A stretch of DNA of 64,000 nucleotides, from NCBI GenBank assembly GCA_027623195.1, contig JAQBUT010000003.1:64001-128000 (forward strand). The letters are read 5' to 3'. Positions 10,748 to 18,938 of the stretch are shown in pieces. Under the pieces are notes generated by a model. The model worked only from the letters and a program-made list of their open reading frames with translations, made no database searches and was not told the DNA's origin. The translations under genes and the position numbers were made by a program. Source of the DNA: Chloroflexota bacterium (lineage in GTDB: Bacteria; Chloroflexota; Dehalococcoidia; Lucifugimonadales; JADFKI01). The stretch's first letter is position 1. The number at the start of each line of letters is the position of its first letter.

Positions 10748-10960
10748 ATGAACTTTGGAAACGACCCAGGCCGGCTGCAAGACTACGAATTTCGGGCTAT
10801 GGACTACCAGCGACGGTCAACCGGGGACTACTACAGCGGGAACCTCGCAAATCATGTGCTACGCTCATTCTGGGGTAAGCTGTGGCGAATTGCCCTGGCC
10901 CTTGTGGTTATCTTCGTATTCCTATTCCTGCTGCTGTTTGTCGTTACACTGATGGCGTGA
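10748..10960 (+). CDS. small single-TM protein
   Basis: GGGGAG RBS; 70 aa with a C-terminal hydrophobic helix. Confidence 0.7.
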   Translation: MNFGNDPGRLQDYEFRAMDYQRRSTGDYYSGNLANHVLRSFWGKLWRIALALVVIFVFLFLLLFVVTLMA

Positions 10961-11077
10961 AATGCAGCCCTGTGGGTTCCGGGACCCTTTCCGAAATGAA
11001 AACAGAACGAGGGAGCCATTTGCCAAAGCTCCCTCGTTAAATTTACAGCCTACCCTTGTGGGCACTTCTCAAATTGA

Positions 11078-11389
11078 TTACTGCATAGAGCTTAGCGGGT
11101 TGACCGTCACGCGGCACATGGGCACGTCGCCGGTGTTTCGGAACTGGTGCTCTCGGCCGGGCGGGACTAGGACGCAGTCGCCCTTCTTGACAGGGTATTC
11201 GGTTCCTTCTACCCAGAGCACACCCGCGCCTTCAGTAATAAAGGCCTGGTGCTCCCAATCGTGCGTGTGCTGAGCGCTGCTGCCTTTGGGCGGATGCTGG
11301 ACGTAGAGCATGACGTAGTTGGGGACGCCGTCGTCCGGCCCAAGAACGGGGTTGCTGTTGCCCTCGAAGTTTTTTATTACAGGTTCCAT
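11078..11389 (-). CDS. cupin-domain protein
   Basis: HTHDWEHQAFITEG and VPPGREHQFRNTG cupin motifs. Confidence 0.9.
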   Translation of the reverse strand: MEPVIKNFEGNSNPVLGPDDGVPNYVMLYVQHPPKGSSAQHTHDWEHQAFITEGAGVLWVEGTEYPVKKGDCVLVPPGREHQFRNTGDVPMCRVTVNPLSSMQ

Positions 11390-11428
11390 GGCTTCTCCTA
11401 TCGCTTTACTGAGGCAATGTGCCTTGCA

Positions 11429-11519
11429 TGTTGTTCCGGTCCGGAGAGTAGGAGTCTAGAGCGCGGGCCTGCAAAAGCACGACGCTTCAGATTCCTCGTG
11501 TTACCTCCTCGGAATGACA
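11429..11519. repeat. REP-like palindromic intergenic element
   Basis: TGTTGTTCCG...AGGAGTCT pairs with AGATTCCT...CGGAATGACA. Confidence 0.55.
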
Positions 11520-11548
11520 GAAGGGCAAACCTTACACGGTTCGCCTCA

Positions 11549-11884
11549 TTACGCCAGTGGAATCGTAGCAATCACCGCAGGTTGGTCGCCATGAACGCCG
11601 GTGGTGTGACCTTTGCCGGTGGTGTCCTCCACAAGGCGGGCGTCTCCGGCGTGAAATACCTTCTTCGTGCCGTCGCTGAAGCCAATCTCCAACGCTCCCG
11701 AAAGGATGACAACGAACTGCCGACGCGGTGCCGGGTGCCAGTCCGAGAACTTGCCAGCGGGGTCTTCACGGAAGACGATGTGACTTGTGGCCATGTTGGA
11801 GGTCCACTCAGGGGTGTTGGGGAGGGATATCTCTTCCCAGTGCGTCTCCCCGTCGTCGCCTGTATACATTCTGTATGTTCCCAA
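11549..11884 (-). CDS. cupin-fold protein
   Basis: YTGDDGETHWE, DWHPAPRRQFVVILSG, EDTTGKGH. Confidence 0.85.
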   Translation of the reverse strand: MGTYRMYTGDDGETHWEEISLPNTPEWTSNMATSHIVFREDPAGKFSDWHPAPRRQFVVILSGALEIGFSDGTKKVFHAGDARLVEDTTGKGHTTGVHGDQPAVIATIPLA

Positions 11885-11917
11885 TTTCGTTAACCTTTCT
11901 TGGCCCTTTTGTTAGGG

Positions 11918-12901
11918 TCAGTCCTCTATATCGTAGGTTTGTGCTATCGCCTGAGGGGCCTCGCCGTTCCACACGCGCGCCATGTTCTCGTAGGCGAACT
12001 GCGCCCGGCGGAACCACGTATTCCAGGTGGTGCCTGCCGTGTGCGGCGTGGCCACAACGTTGTCCATTTTTAATAGAGGGTTGTCAGGACTCACCGGCTC
12101 CTGCTCGAAGACGTCCAGACCCGCCCCAGCGATCTTGCCTTGCTGGAGCGCCTCTATCAGTGCCTGCTCGTCTACCACAGGCCCTCGGCTGGTGTTGACC
12201 AGTACTGCCGAAGGCTTCATCATGGCCAACCGTTCGGCGTTCACGATGTGGTATGTATCGCTGGTCAGCGGGGTGTGGCACGTGATGATGTCGGAGGTCT
12301 TGAACAACTCCTCCAGCGACACCTGCTTTATGTTTAGCTCTTCAGCCTGGTCCTCCGGCATGGGGAACAGGTCGAAGGACTTGACCACCGCGTCGAAGCC
12401 CTGCACGCGCTTGGCCACCTTCTTGCCGATGTTGCCTATGCCCAGAATGCCCACCACCTTGTCGGCCATTTCGAATGTGTTGGTGCCGGTGATTGGCTCG
12501 TTCCAACGCCCTTCGCGGGTTGACTTGTCGCTGGACAATAGCTGCTTGTAAAGGGCCAGCACAAGCAGCACGGTGTGGTCGGCCACTGCGTAGGAGTTTG
12601 CCCCGCCATTGTTGGCGCAGGGCACCTCCAGTTCTCTCATCAGCTTCAGGTTCATCCTGTCGTACCCCGCAGCCAGAAGCTGGACTAGCCGAGCCTTGGG
12701 CGCACCGCGTAGGCCTTCGTCCGTTAACTTGGAGCGGTACACCAGGATGAAGTCGGCGTCCTTGAGTCGTTCGTTTTGCTCGTCTTGGGGCAGGCTGGCA
12801 TCGATCACATCGGTGGTCCAGCCCTCCGGCGTGTAGGGCGTAATCGCGTCCACCACTACCTGGGGCAGACCGCTAAGAAAAGCTACCTTCGCTCCTGCCA
12901 T
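11918..12901 (-). CDS. D-isomer-specific 2-hydroxyacid dehydrogenase
   Basis: GILGIGNIG, NTSRGPVVDE, GAGLDVFEQEP, TPHTAG. Confidence 0.93.
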   Translation of the reverse strand: MAGAKVAFLSGLPQVVVDAITPYTPEGWTTDVIDASLPQDEQNERLKDADFILVYRSKLTDEGLRGAPKARLVQLLAAGYDRMNLKLMRELEVPCANNGGANSYAVADHTVLLVLALYKQLLSSDKSTREGRWNEPITGTNTFEMADKVVGILGIGNIGKKVAKRVQGFDAVVKSFDLFPMPEDQAEELNIKQVSLEELFKTSDIITCHTPLTSDTYHIVNAERLAMMKPSAVLVNTSRGPVVDEQALIEALQQGKIAGAGLDVFEQEPVSPDNPLLKMDNVVATPHTAGTTWNTWFRRAQFAYENMARVWNGEAPQAIAQTYDIED

Positions 12902-12946
12902 ATTTTCTCTTTCACTCCCAATGCAATAAGGCTTTCAAGGTAGTGG

Positions 12947-13009
12947 CCTTCGACAGGCTCAGGATGAACGGATTTCTAAAGGATGTTCCTGGTGAGTTTG
13001 TCGAACCAC
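12947..13009. repeat. REP-like inverted pair (CCTTCGACAGGCTCAGGATGAACG family)
   Basis: Related units at 10113-10135, 30380-30403 and 42145-42214. Confidence 0.7.
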
Positions 13010-13062
13010 AGGCCGCTAAATCTACGCTGGTTGTGCCACTTTGCTCTCTCGGCTACCTGAAG

Positions 13063-13755
13063 TTAACTGCCGTACATTGAGCGGACCTGGTCTCTGAGCT
13101 TCTCGACGGTGAAATCTGGGTCCTGGCACACTCTAATCATTTCTTGCTCGCGGTCCTCCACGCGTTTCACGGCTGCCGGTATATCGGCGGCTATGTCCAG
13201 CGGGATACCAACCACACCATGCTGGTCGCCCAAAAGGAGGTCACCCGTATTCACGGTCATGCCGCCTACGGTTACCGGCACGCCAACGTCGATGAGATGA
13301 ACGTAGGCATGAGAAACCAGAACTTCTGAAGCGAAGGCGTTGAAACCTAGCGCCCGCATCTCGTCCAGGTCACGTACACCACCGTCGGTGATGGTGCCGA
13401 CGCAGCCCAACGACTTGTAGATATTGGCTTGAACCTCGCCCCAGAAGGAGCCGACCACGTTCGGATAGTCGATGTCCTTCATGACCAGTATCCGCGGCTC
13501 CGGCACTGACAGCACGGCCTCAATGTGTTCCAGCCTAGAGACATTCATGTTCTTGCTGGGAGGCATCTCCGCACCAATGACTGCGGTGACCGCGTAGCCA
13601 ATCATGTGCGGCATATCGGGGAATATGGACTTGACCTGCGGTAGCATGAAGCCCTGGTTCCGAGGCATAACGTTAAATGTCTCAATGGCGTTGGCGACGG
13701 CGCAAGAGGGTATCTTTCGAAGGGTCTCCAACTGCTCTGCTGTGAGTTCTGCCAT
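13063..13755 (-). CDS. RraA/HMG-aldolase family protein
   Basis: IGYAVTA, FWGEVQA, GTITDGGVRDLDE, GDLLLGDQHGVV. Confidence 0.88.
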   Translation of the reverse strand: MAELTAEQLETLRKIPSCAVANAIETFNVMPRNQGFMLPQVKSIFPDMPHMIGYAVTAVIGAEMPPSKNMNVSRLEHIEAVLSVPEPRILVMKDIDYPNVVGSFWGEVQANIYKSLGCVGTITDGGVRDLDEMRALGFNAFASEVLVSHAYVHLIDVGVPVTVGGMTVNTGDLLLGDQHGVVGIPLDIAADIPAAVKRVEDREQEMIRVCQDPDFTVEKLRDQVRSMYGS

Positions 13756-13969
13756 GCTCTCCTCCTAGAGTGATTTTGTTCCGTATTCGTACGGTAATTT
13801 TTCGGAGAAAATGATACCACGGCGGCGGCGAAAGGGCATATTCTATGTACGTCGCAATAAGGCCTGAGCACGAATCCTAGCGACATTTTAAAATGGCGTG
13901 CGACAATCGCTTCGTAAGTCGGGCTCTGGTTTATCCCTTCTCTTCTCTCTTCAAAAAGGAAATTATGAC

Positions 13970-14587
13970 ATGGACGACGCAGCAGCGGTTATCAGGCTAC
14001 AGAGAGACCAGGAAGATGACGCAGTAGCCGTTTTGGCGGAGGCATTTCAGCACGATCCCGTGATGAACTACGTCTTTCATGGGATAGAGTCGGGTGACGA
14101 CGCTCGTTTGCGAGAGCTGTTTCGCTTCTCCTGCCGCGTCCGGTTCGATATTGGCTGGCCGCTAATGGGCGTCCAATCCGACGGGGAACTGCTGGCAGTC
14201 GCCGGTATCGACGAGCCAGGAGAGGCCGAATGGCCACAGTCGTTATCAGACTGCTACCAGGAATTTGCGCGGATCGCCGGTCCGGAAGCTGTCGGGAGAT
14301 TAGGGTCCTACGCCTCGCTGCCGGACAAGCATCGCCCGAAGGAGCCTCACTTCTTCTTGGGAATGATCGGCGTGCACCCCAAAGCGCAGGGGAAAGGATA
14401 CGCAAGGCTTCTGCTGGACTGGTTGCACCGGGCATCAGAAACTCATCCGACCTCTAACGGCGTGGCGCTGGATACGGATAGCGACGTGAACGTGTCCATA
14501 TACGAGCACTTTGGGTACGAGGTGGTTGGTCGCGACGATCTGGTCAGCCTAACGGTGTCGACGATGTACCGGCCCGATTCTCAATAG
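13970..14587 (+). CDS. GNAT family N-acetyltransferase
   Basis: LGMIGVHPKAQGKGYARLL acetyl-CoA motif A, NVSIYEHFGY; start at ATG 13970 after AAAGGA. Confidence 0.88.
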   Translation: MDDAAAVIRLQRDQEDDAVAVLAEAFQHDPVMNYVFHGIESGDDARLRELFRFSCRVRFDIGWPLMGVQSDGELLAVAGIDEPGEAEWPQSLSDCYQEFARIAGPEAVGRLGSYASLPDKHRPKEPHFFLGMIGVHPKAQGKGYARLLLDWLHRASETHPTSNGVALDTDSDVNVSIYEHFGYEVVGRDDLVSLTVSTMYRPDSQ

Positions 14588-14774
14588 CTTGCGCCAACCT
14601 TGTCCCCACTTCTTGCCAACGGCAGCTATGCCGCAACCTCGCCATTACCACACTCGCGACTAACATCGTGCAAACCATCTCCCCGGCATAATGGAGAAGC
14701 CGATAAGCCGATTGTCCAATTATCCGGAAAGTCCTTGGGGTTGGTGCGGTAGTTTGTGTTGAGGTGAGGATTGG

Positions 14775-15368
14775 ATGAAATTCCCTATTCGGGTGGTAAA
14801 ACGCCCAGTCATGCTGGCTGCTGTTCCCCTTCTAGCGGCGGTGGTCGTAGCGCCATTTTGGGCGCCACTAGTTTCCAAAGTTGAGGCGGCGGTATCGACA
14901 CTGTCGGCTCCCAGCGTCACAACAGGCATAGGTTACGCCGTGGATGCGCCTATAACGCTGGACAGCGCGCCCAACGGCATCTCGGGTTATGAGATGACCA
15001 TAACGCTTAGCGATCCTGCTATTGCAACGATAGATAGTGTGGTTGTACCACCTGATTTCGGCCTGACCTACGTCGAGCAGGTCTCGACCTCCCAGGTCAA
15101 AGTGATGGGCGCTGACTTAAGTCAGGCTTTGCAGGGCAACCTCAGCGGAGTCAACCTGGTTACGCTGAATTTGACCACTACGAAGCAGGGCCTTAGTGCC
15201 ATCATAATTAGCCTTACTCGTCTGGATGACGACTCCGGCATCCCAATCCTGCCGCAGGTTGTCGACGGCTCGCTGACCGTGAAGAAGCGTTTCTCCGACG
15301 GCAGCGATGGCGGAGGCACCGGGGGCGGTGGTAAAAGTGGTGGCAAGGGCGGCGGACCCGGGAAATAG
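14775..15368 (+). CDS. secreted cohesin-like beta-sandwich protein with Gly/Lys tail
   Basis: Signal/TM N-terminus; PITLDSAPNGISGYEMTI...DDDSG...DGSLTV; paralog at 41422. Confidence 0.7.
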   Translation: MKFPIRVVKRPVMLAAVPLLAAVVVAPFWAPLVSKVEAAVSTLSAPSVTTGIGYAVDAPITLDSAPNGISGYEMTITLSDPAIATIDSVVVPPDFGLTYVEQVSTSQVKVMGADLSQALQGNLSGVNLVTLNLTTTKQGLSAIIISLTRLDDDSGIPILPQVVDGSLTVKKRFSDGSDGGGTGGGGKSGGKGGGPGK

Positions 15369-15612
15369 ACCCTTGGTTTTTCATGGATAAAGGGCTCTGC
15401 GGATAATCCAATGGCAGAGCGTATGTCGAAGTGAGAAGGGCGTCGGTAGCAATATCGACGCCCTTCGTTATAGTTGCAGGTTGATCAGCCGTCGGTTCAA
15501 TCCAGCCAATATGGCATGACATTCAATGCCCTCTGGGAAGAAGTGTGGCCGGCAGGCCATCTGAAATCTAATAACTCACTACCAACTACTAATAACTGAT
15601 AACTGGCATCTC

Positions 15613-15933
15613 TTATTCCGGCATTCCGGTGTCGATCCAGCGCTCGATCTCCTGGATCTCGTCTTCCTTTACAAAAGGGCCGCCCATGGGCATTTTGGGA
15701 ATGCTGCCGAACCCTTCCCTTAAGGAAATTACCAGCGCCGTTTCCTTGCCGGGTATTCCCGGCTCTATGAATTTTGTCCCCATTGATGAGTCGCTGGCCA
15801 ACTCAACAGGAGTCTCCCAATAGTATCCGTGGATTCCCGGCAGGCCCTTACGGCCCTTGCTGGTCTCCCACCTGTTCATGATGCCCGCCAGGATCTCCTG
15901 GATGCGGGGCCACCTGACTTCACCATCGATCAT
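15613..15933 (-). CDS. hypothetical protein with cytochrome-c-like C-terminus but no CxxCH
   Basis: FIEPG...KMPMGGP...EIQEIERWIDTGMPE; GAGGA RBS. Confidence 0.7.
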   Translation of the reverse strand: MIDGEVRWPRIQEILAGIMNRWETSKGRKGLPGIHGYYWETPVELASDSSMGTKFIEPGIPGKETALVISLREGFGSIPKMPMGGPFVKEDEIQEIERWIDTGMPE

Positions 15934-16068
15934 TGCTGTCCTCGTAGTATAGATTTCCCGTGTTACCGATTCGCCCTCGTTGGTCTTGCCTCGACAGGCG
16001 AGCTTGAAAGGTCTGCGTCATAGGCGCGGTGCGTGTGGGCCACTAGACCCACTATCGCTCAACGGACT

Positions 16069-16881
16069 TTATGCGCGTTCGAAGACGGCTCGAACCCTTG
16101 AATACCGACCCTCTTCGGTGTTGCGCTTGCCTGCCAGCAGTATTGCGGGCAGGTCATCGCCCATCACTAATGCCGGTATGCGCTGCTCCGGCTCAGGTGC
16201 GCCTGACGTTGGCGTATCAGCCGTCACCTCATGCCAGACTCGCTCGCGAAAACCTAAATTCCCTATTAAATTGCGCATCTCATCCTGTGCAAGCAAGAAG
16301 CTATTGCTGCCATCTTGCGACCACATCGCCGGAAAGATAAGTGGTTGAACAGGACCAGCCATGAACTCCTGAAAGACCAATATTCCTCCTGGAAGCAGCA
16401 CTCGATAGAAGCCCTCGTACAGGCCTTCCTTATCGCGTATGTTCATGCCGCTCTGCTGCGTCCACACTACGTCAAAGGCGGCATCATCGAAGGGTAGCTC
16501 CAGTCCATTGCCAACATGGTGCTTTACCTGGTGGCCCAGGCCCATTCGCTCGGTGAGAATCTCAGCCGCTTCAACATATGACTCGGCGAGATCTATCACG
16601 CTCACCTTGCAGCCGTAAAGCGTCGCCAGCGTGCGTGCCGGTCCACCCAGGCCCCCGCCTACGTCCAGTACTCTTGCCCCTTGCGGTATCTTGGCCAGTT
16701 CCGCAAGCTCCTTAGTTTCTCTCAGACCGCCATTGTGAAATTGATCCACCGGCGCCAAGTCTTCTATGGTCAATGCATCCACGTTTTTGCCGGAAGCTTG
16801 CAGGTAATCGAGTATCGTCTGTCCCAGTCCTTCGCGGTTCCAATGGTCCTTTACGACCCGCAATTCCTCTGCATTATCCAT
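16069..16881 (-). CDS. class I SAM-dependent methyltransferase
   Basis: DQFHNGG, VLDVGGGLGGPAR, LPFDDAAFDVVW; start trimmed to MDNAEE after AAAGGA (track ORF overextends into garR). Confidence 0.9.
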   Translation of the reverse strand: MDNAEELRVVKDHWNREGLGQTILDYLQASGKNVDALTIEDLAPVDQFHNGGLRETKELAELAKIPQGARVLDVGGGLGGPARTLATLYGCKVSVIDLAESYVEAAEILTERMGLGHQVKHHVGNGLELPFDDAAFDVVWTQQSGMNIRDKEGLYEGFYRVLLPGGILVFQEFMAGPVQPLIFPAMWSQDGSNSFLLAQDEMRNLIGNLGFRERVWHEVTADTPTSGAPEPEQRIPALVMGDDLPAILLAGKRNTEEGRYSRVRAVFERA

Positions 16882-17131
16882 GATTATTCCTTTCCTGCCG
16901 CCAAAGGGCGACCTCGACTTTATGTAGGGCGGTAGCCAAACATTGTCTACTGGCGTGGAGTGAAGCCAATAGTAGCGTTGACCATGTGTAGCGTCAATCC
17001 CGGCCTTGACCCGCCGCGCGTCGAACAACGATAATGTCACCCGTATTTCCCACATCGATTTACGGCTCTGCCTCCCGACGCAATCGGGAACGGACAGGCA
17101 GGAATTGACCAGAGTTGAAAGGAGTATCCGA

Positions 17132-18019
17132 ATGGCTGATATAGGATTTATAGGCCTGGGCATCATGGGGCGACCAATGGTCCGCAACCTGATGAAGGCC
17201 GGACACACCGTTACCGTATACGACATAGTCGGCACCGCCGTGGAGGAGATGGCCACTGACGGCGCGAAGGCCGCCTCGTCGTCCAAAGAGGTGGCTGAGA
17301 ATAACAGGGTGATCATCACGATGGTTCCCGATGGCCCCGACGCTGAGGTCGCAATTATGGGGCCGAACGGAGTACTGGAAGGCGCGGCATCTGGCTCCGT
17401 TGTTATCGATATGAGTTCCATTGCCCCCGCATCGTCACAGAGAATCGGCGCGGCGTGTGACGGCGCAGGGGTCGATTTCATGGACGCCCCCGTCAGCGGT
17501 GGCGAGCCTGGAGCGGTTGCCGGGACGCTGGCCATTATGGTGGGCGGCAAGAAGGATGTATACGACAGGTATATCGACACATTCGGCCCCCTAGGCAGCT
17601 CAACCTACTGCGGTGGTTACGGCGCGGGAAACACCACCAAGCTGGCCAACCAGATCATCGTGGCGCTGAACATCGCCGCAGTGAGCGAGGCGCTGGTACT
17701 ATCTCGCAAGGCTGGGCTGGACCCCGAGGTTGTATTCAATGCCATCAAGGGCGGTCTGGCTGGCAGCACAGTGCTAAACGCCAAGGCTCCCATGATGATC
17801 GCGGGCAACTTCAACCCTGGCTTCCGCATCAAGCTACACCAAAAGGACCTTAACAACGCGCTCCAGACGGCTCGAGAGCTGGGCGTGCCGCTGCCATTCA
17901 CGGCGATGGCGCAGCAGGTGATTGGGTCTCTGATGAACGAGGGCAAGGGCGAATTAGACCATTCGGCCATAGCAAACTTCATCGAGGACATGGCCCAGAC
18001 CAAAATCAACGGCCAGTAA
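17132..18019 (+). CDS. garR: 2-hydroxy-3-oxopropionate (tartronate semialdehyde) reductase
   Basis: IGFIGLGIMGRPM, DAPVSGGEPGA, KLANQIIVALNIAAVSEAL, PGFRIKLHQKDL. Confidence 0.88.
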   Translation: MADIGFIGLGIMGRPMVRNLMKAGHTVTVYDIVGTAVEEMATDGAKAASSSKEVAENNRVIITMVPDGPDAEVAIMGPNGVLEGAASGSVVIDMSSIAPASSQRIGAACDGAGVDFMDAPVSGGEPGAVAGTLAIMVGGKKDVYDRYIDTFGPLGSSTYCGGYGAGNTTKLANQIIVALNIAAVSEALVLSRKAGLDPEVVFNAIKGGLAGSTVLNAKAPMMIAGNFNPGFRIKLHQKDLNNALQTARELGVPLPFTAMAQQVIGSLMNEGKGELDHSAIANFIEDMAQTKINGQ

Positions 18020-18072
18020 TTTTTATAAGGGTTGCAGTGGGGCGTAATTCCCTAAATCCGAATAGGTTATTA

Positions 18073-18108
18073 AGTCGGGGTGGTTGAAAGACTACCCCGA
18101 CTTTTTTT
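18073..18108 (+). terminator. intrinsic terminator after garR
   Basis: AGTCGGGGTGGT-tgaaag-ACTACCCCGACT followed by a T run. Confidence 0.8.
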
Positions 18109-18157
18109 GGATACTGGCGAACTTCGGATTATTCCTAAAAAAAGCATAACCAAAGTC

Positions 18158-18184
18158 TAAGTAATACATAAGTAATACTATAAG
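18158..18184 (+). promoter_or_regulatory. tandem direct repeat, putative OmpR/PhoB-type operator
   Basis: TAAGTAATAC at 18158 and 18169 (11-bp period), partial third TAAG at 18181. Confidence 0.55.
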
Positions 18185-18266
18185 ACTTATGCTGATAAAC
18201 GGCATCGACCTCCATACTCCTTCTGTGGGGTTTCGATGCTCGGAATAAGCCTTCGGGGGTAGGTGA

Positions 18267-18710
18267 ATGGCGGATGATCTGTATCGGGATAGCGGCTTGA
18301 CCGTGGATTTTCGGGCCTGTCGTGTTTGGGTTGATGATGATGAGATTAGGACATCCGCCATTCGATTCCGTATGCTTACCCAACTGATTAAAAACGCTGG
18401 TCGTCCTCTGAATGCGCAGGAGATCATGCTCCACGCATGGGAAGGTGCGGACTACGATCAGGGTCTGGTGCGCTGGCACATCGCGAAGCTTCGCAAAGAG
18501 TTGGGGGACAATCCCCCCAAACGCATAGTGCACGTTCGGGGATTCGGATACCGGTACGACGTGCCTATGCCGGTTCCCTCTCCGGAACCTCAGCCCGAAA
18601 AGGCATTATTCCGTAGGCTGGCGGGCAAGCCGTCCCTGCGGTGCGACTCTAGCGGTTCAAGGCCCTCGCGAATTCAGGCGACTTCTCGCGCCTTGCGTTG
18701 CATGCGGTAA
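18267..18710 (+). CDS. stand-alone OmpR/PhoB-type winged-helix DNA-binding protein
   Basis: FRMLTQLIKNAGR...AWEG...VRWHIAKLRKELGDNPPKRIVHVRGFGYRY; no receiver domain. Confidence 0.85.
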   Translation: MADDLYRDSGLTVDFRACRVWVDDDEIRTSAIRFRMLTQLIKNAGRPLNAQEIMLHAWEGADYDQGLVRWHIAKLRKELGDNPPKRIVHVRGFGYRYDVPMPVPSPEPQPEKALFRRLAGKPSLRCDSSGSRPSRIQATSRALRCMR

Positions 18711-18938
18711 ATTGGTTTCAACTCAAGCAAATAACCTCTAGCCATCATCGCATCCGTACCCATAAACATCGGGCCCTGGGCTACCTCATACCAGCGGGTG
18801 TTAGCCTTCCTTCCACCTATTGTCATACGGCTCTCCTTAATGTACATTAGCAGCACATTTCGCCCATCGTTACCTGCTGCGCTTCCGTATAGGTAAGCGA
18901 TACGCCGTACCCGCTAAAGTAACAAACAGGAGGATGCA

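Noticed and set aside
15433..15610. Hairpin GAAGGGCGTCG...CGACGCCCTTC and short (A/T)AACT repeats as CRISPR or ncRNA
   Set aside because: Single hairpin between convergent genes with no repeat-spacer periodicity; likely a terminator plus low-complexity sequence
16882..17580. 503-aa version of the methyltransferase ORF
   Set aside because: The extension is the antisense of garR; the real start is at 16881
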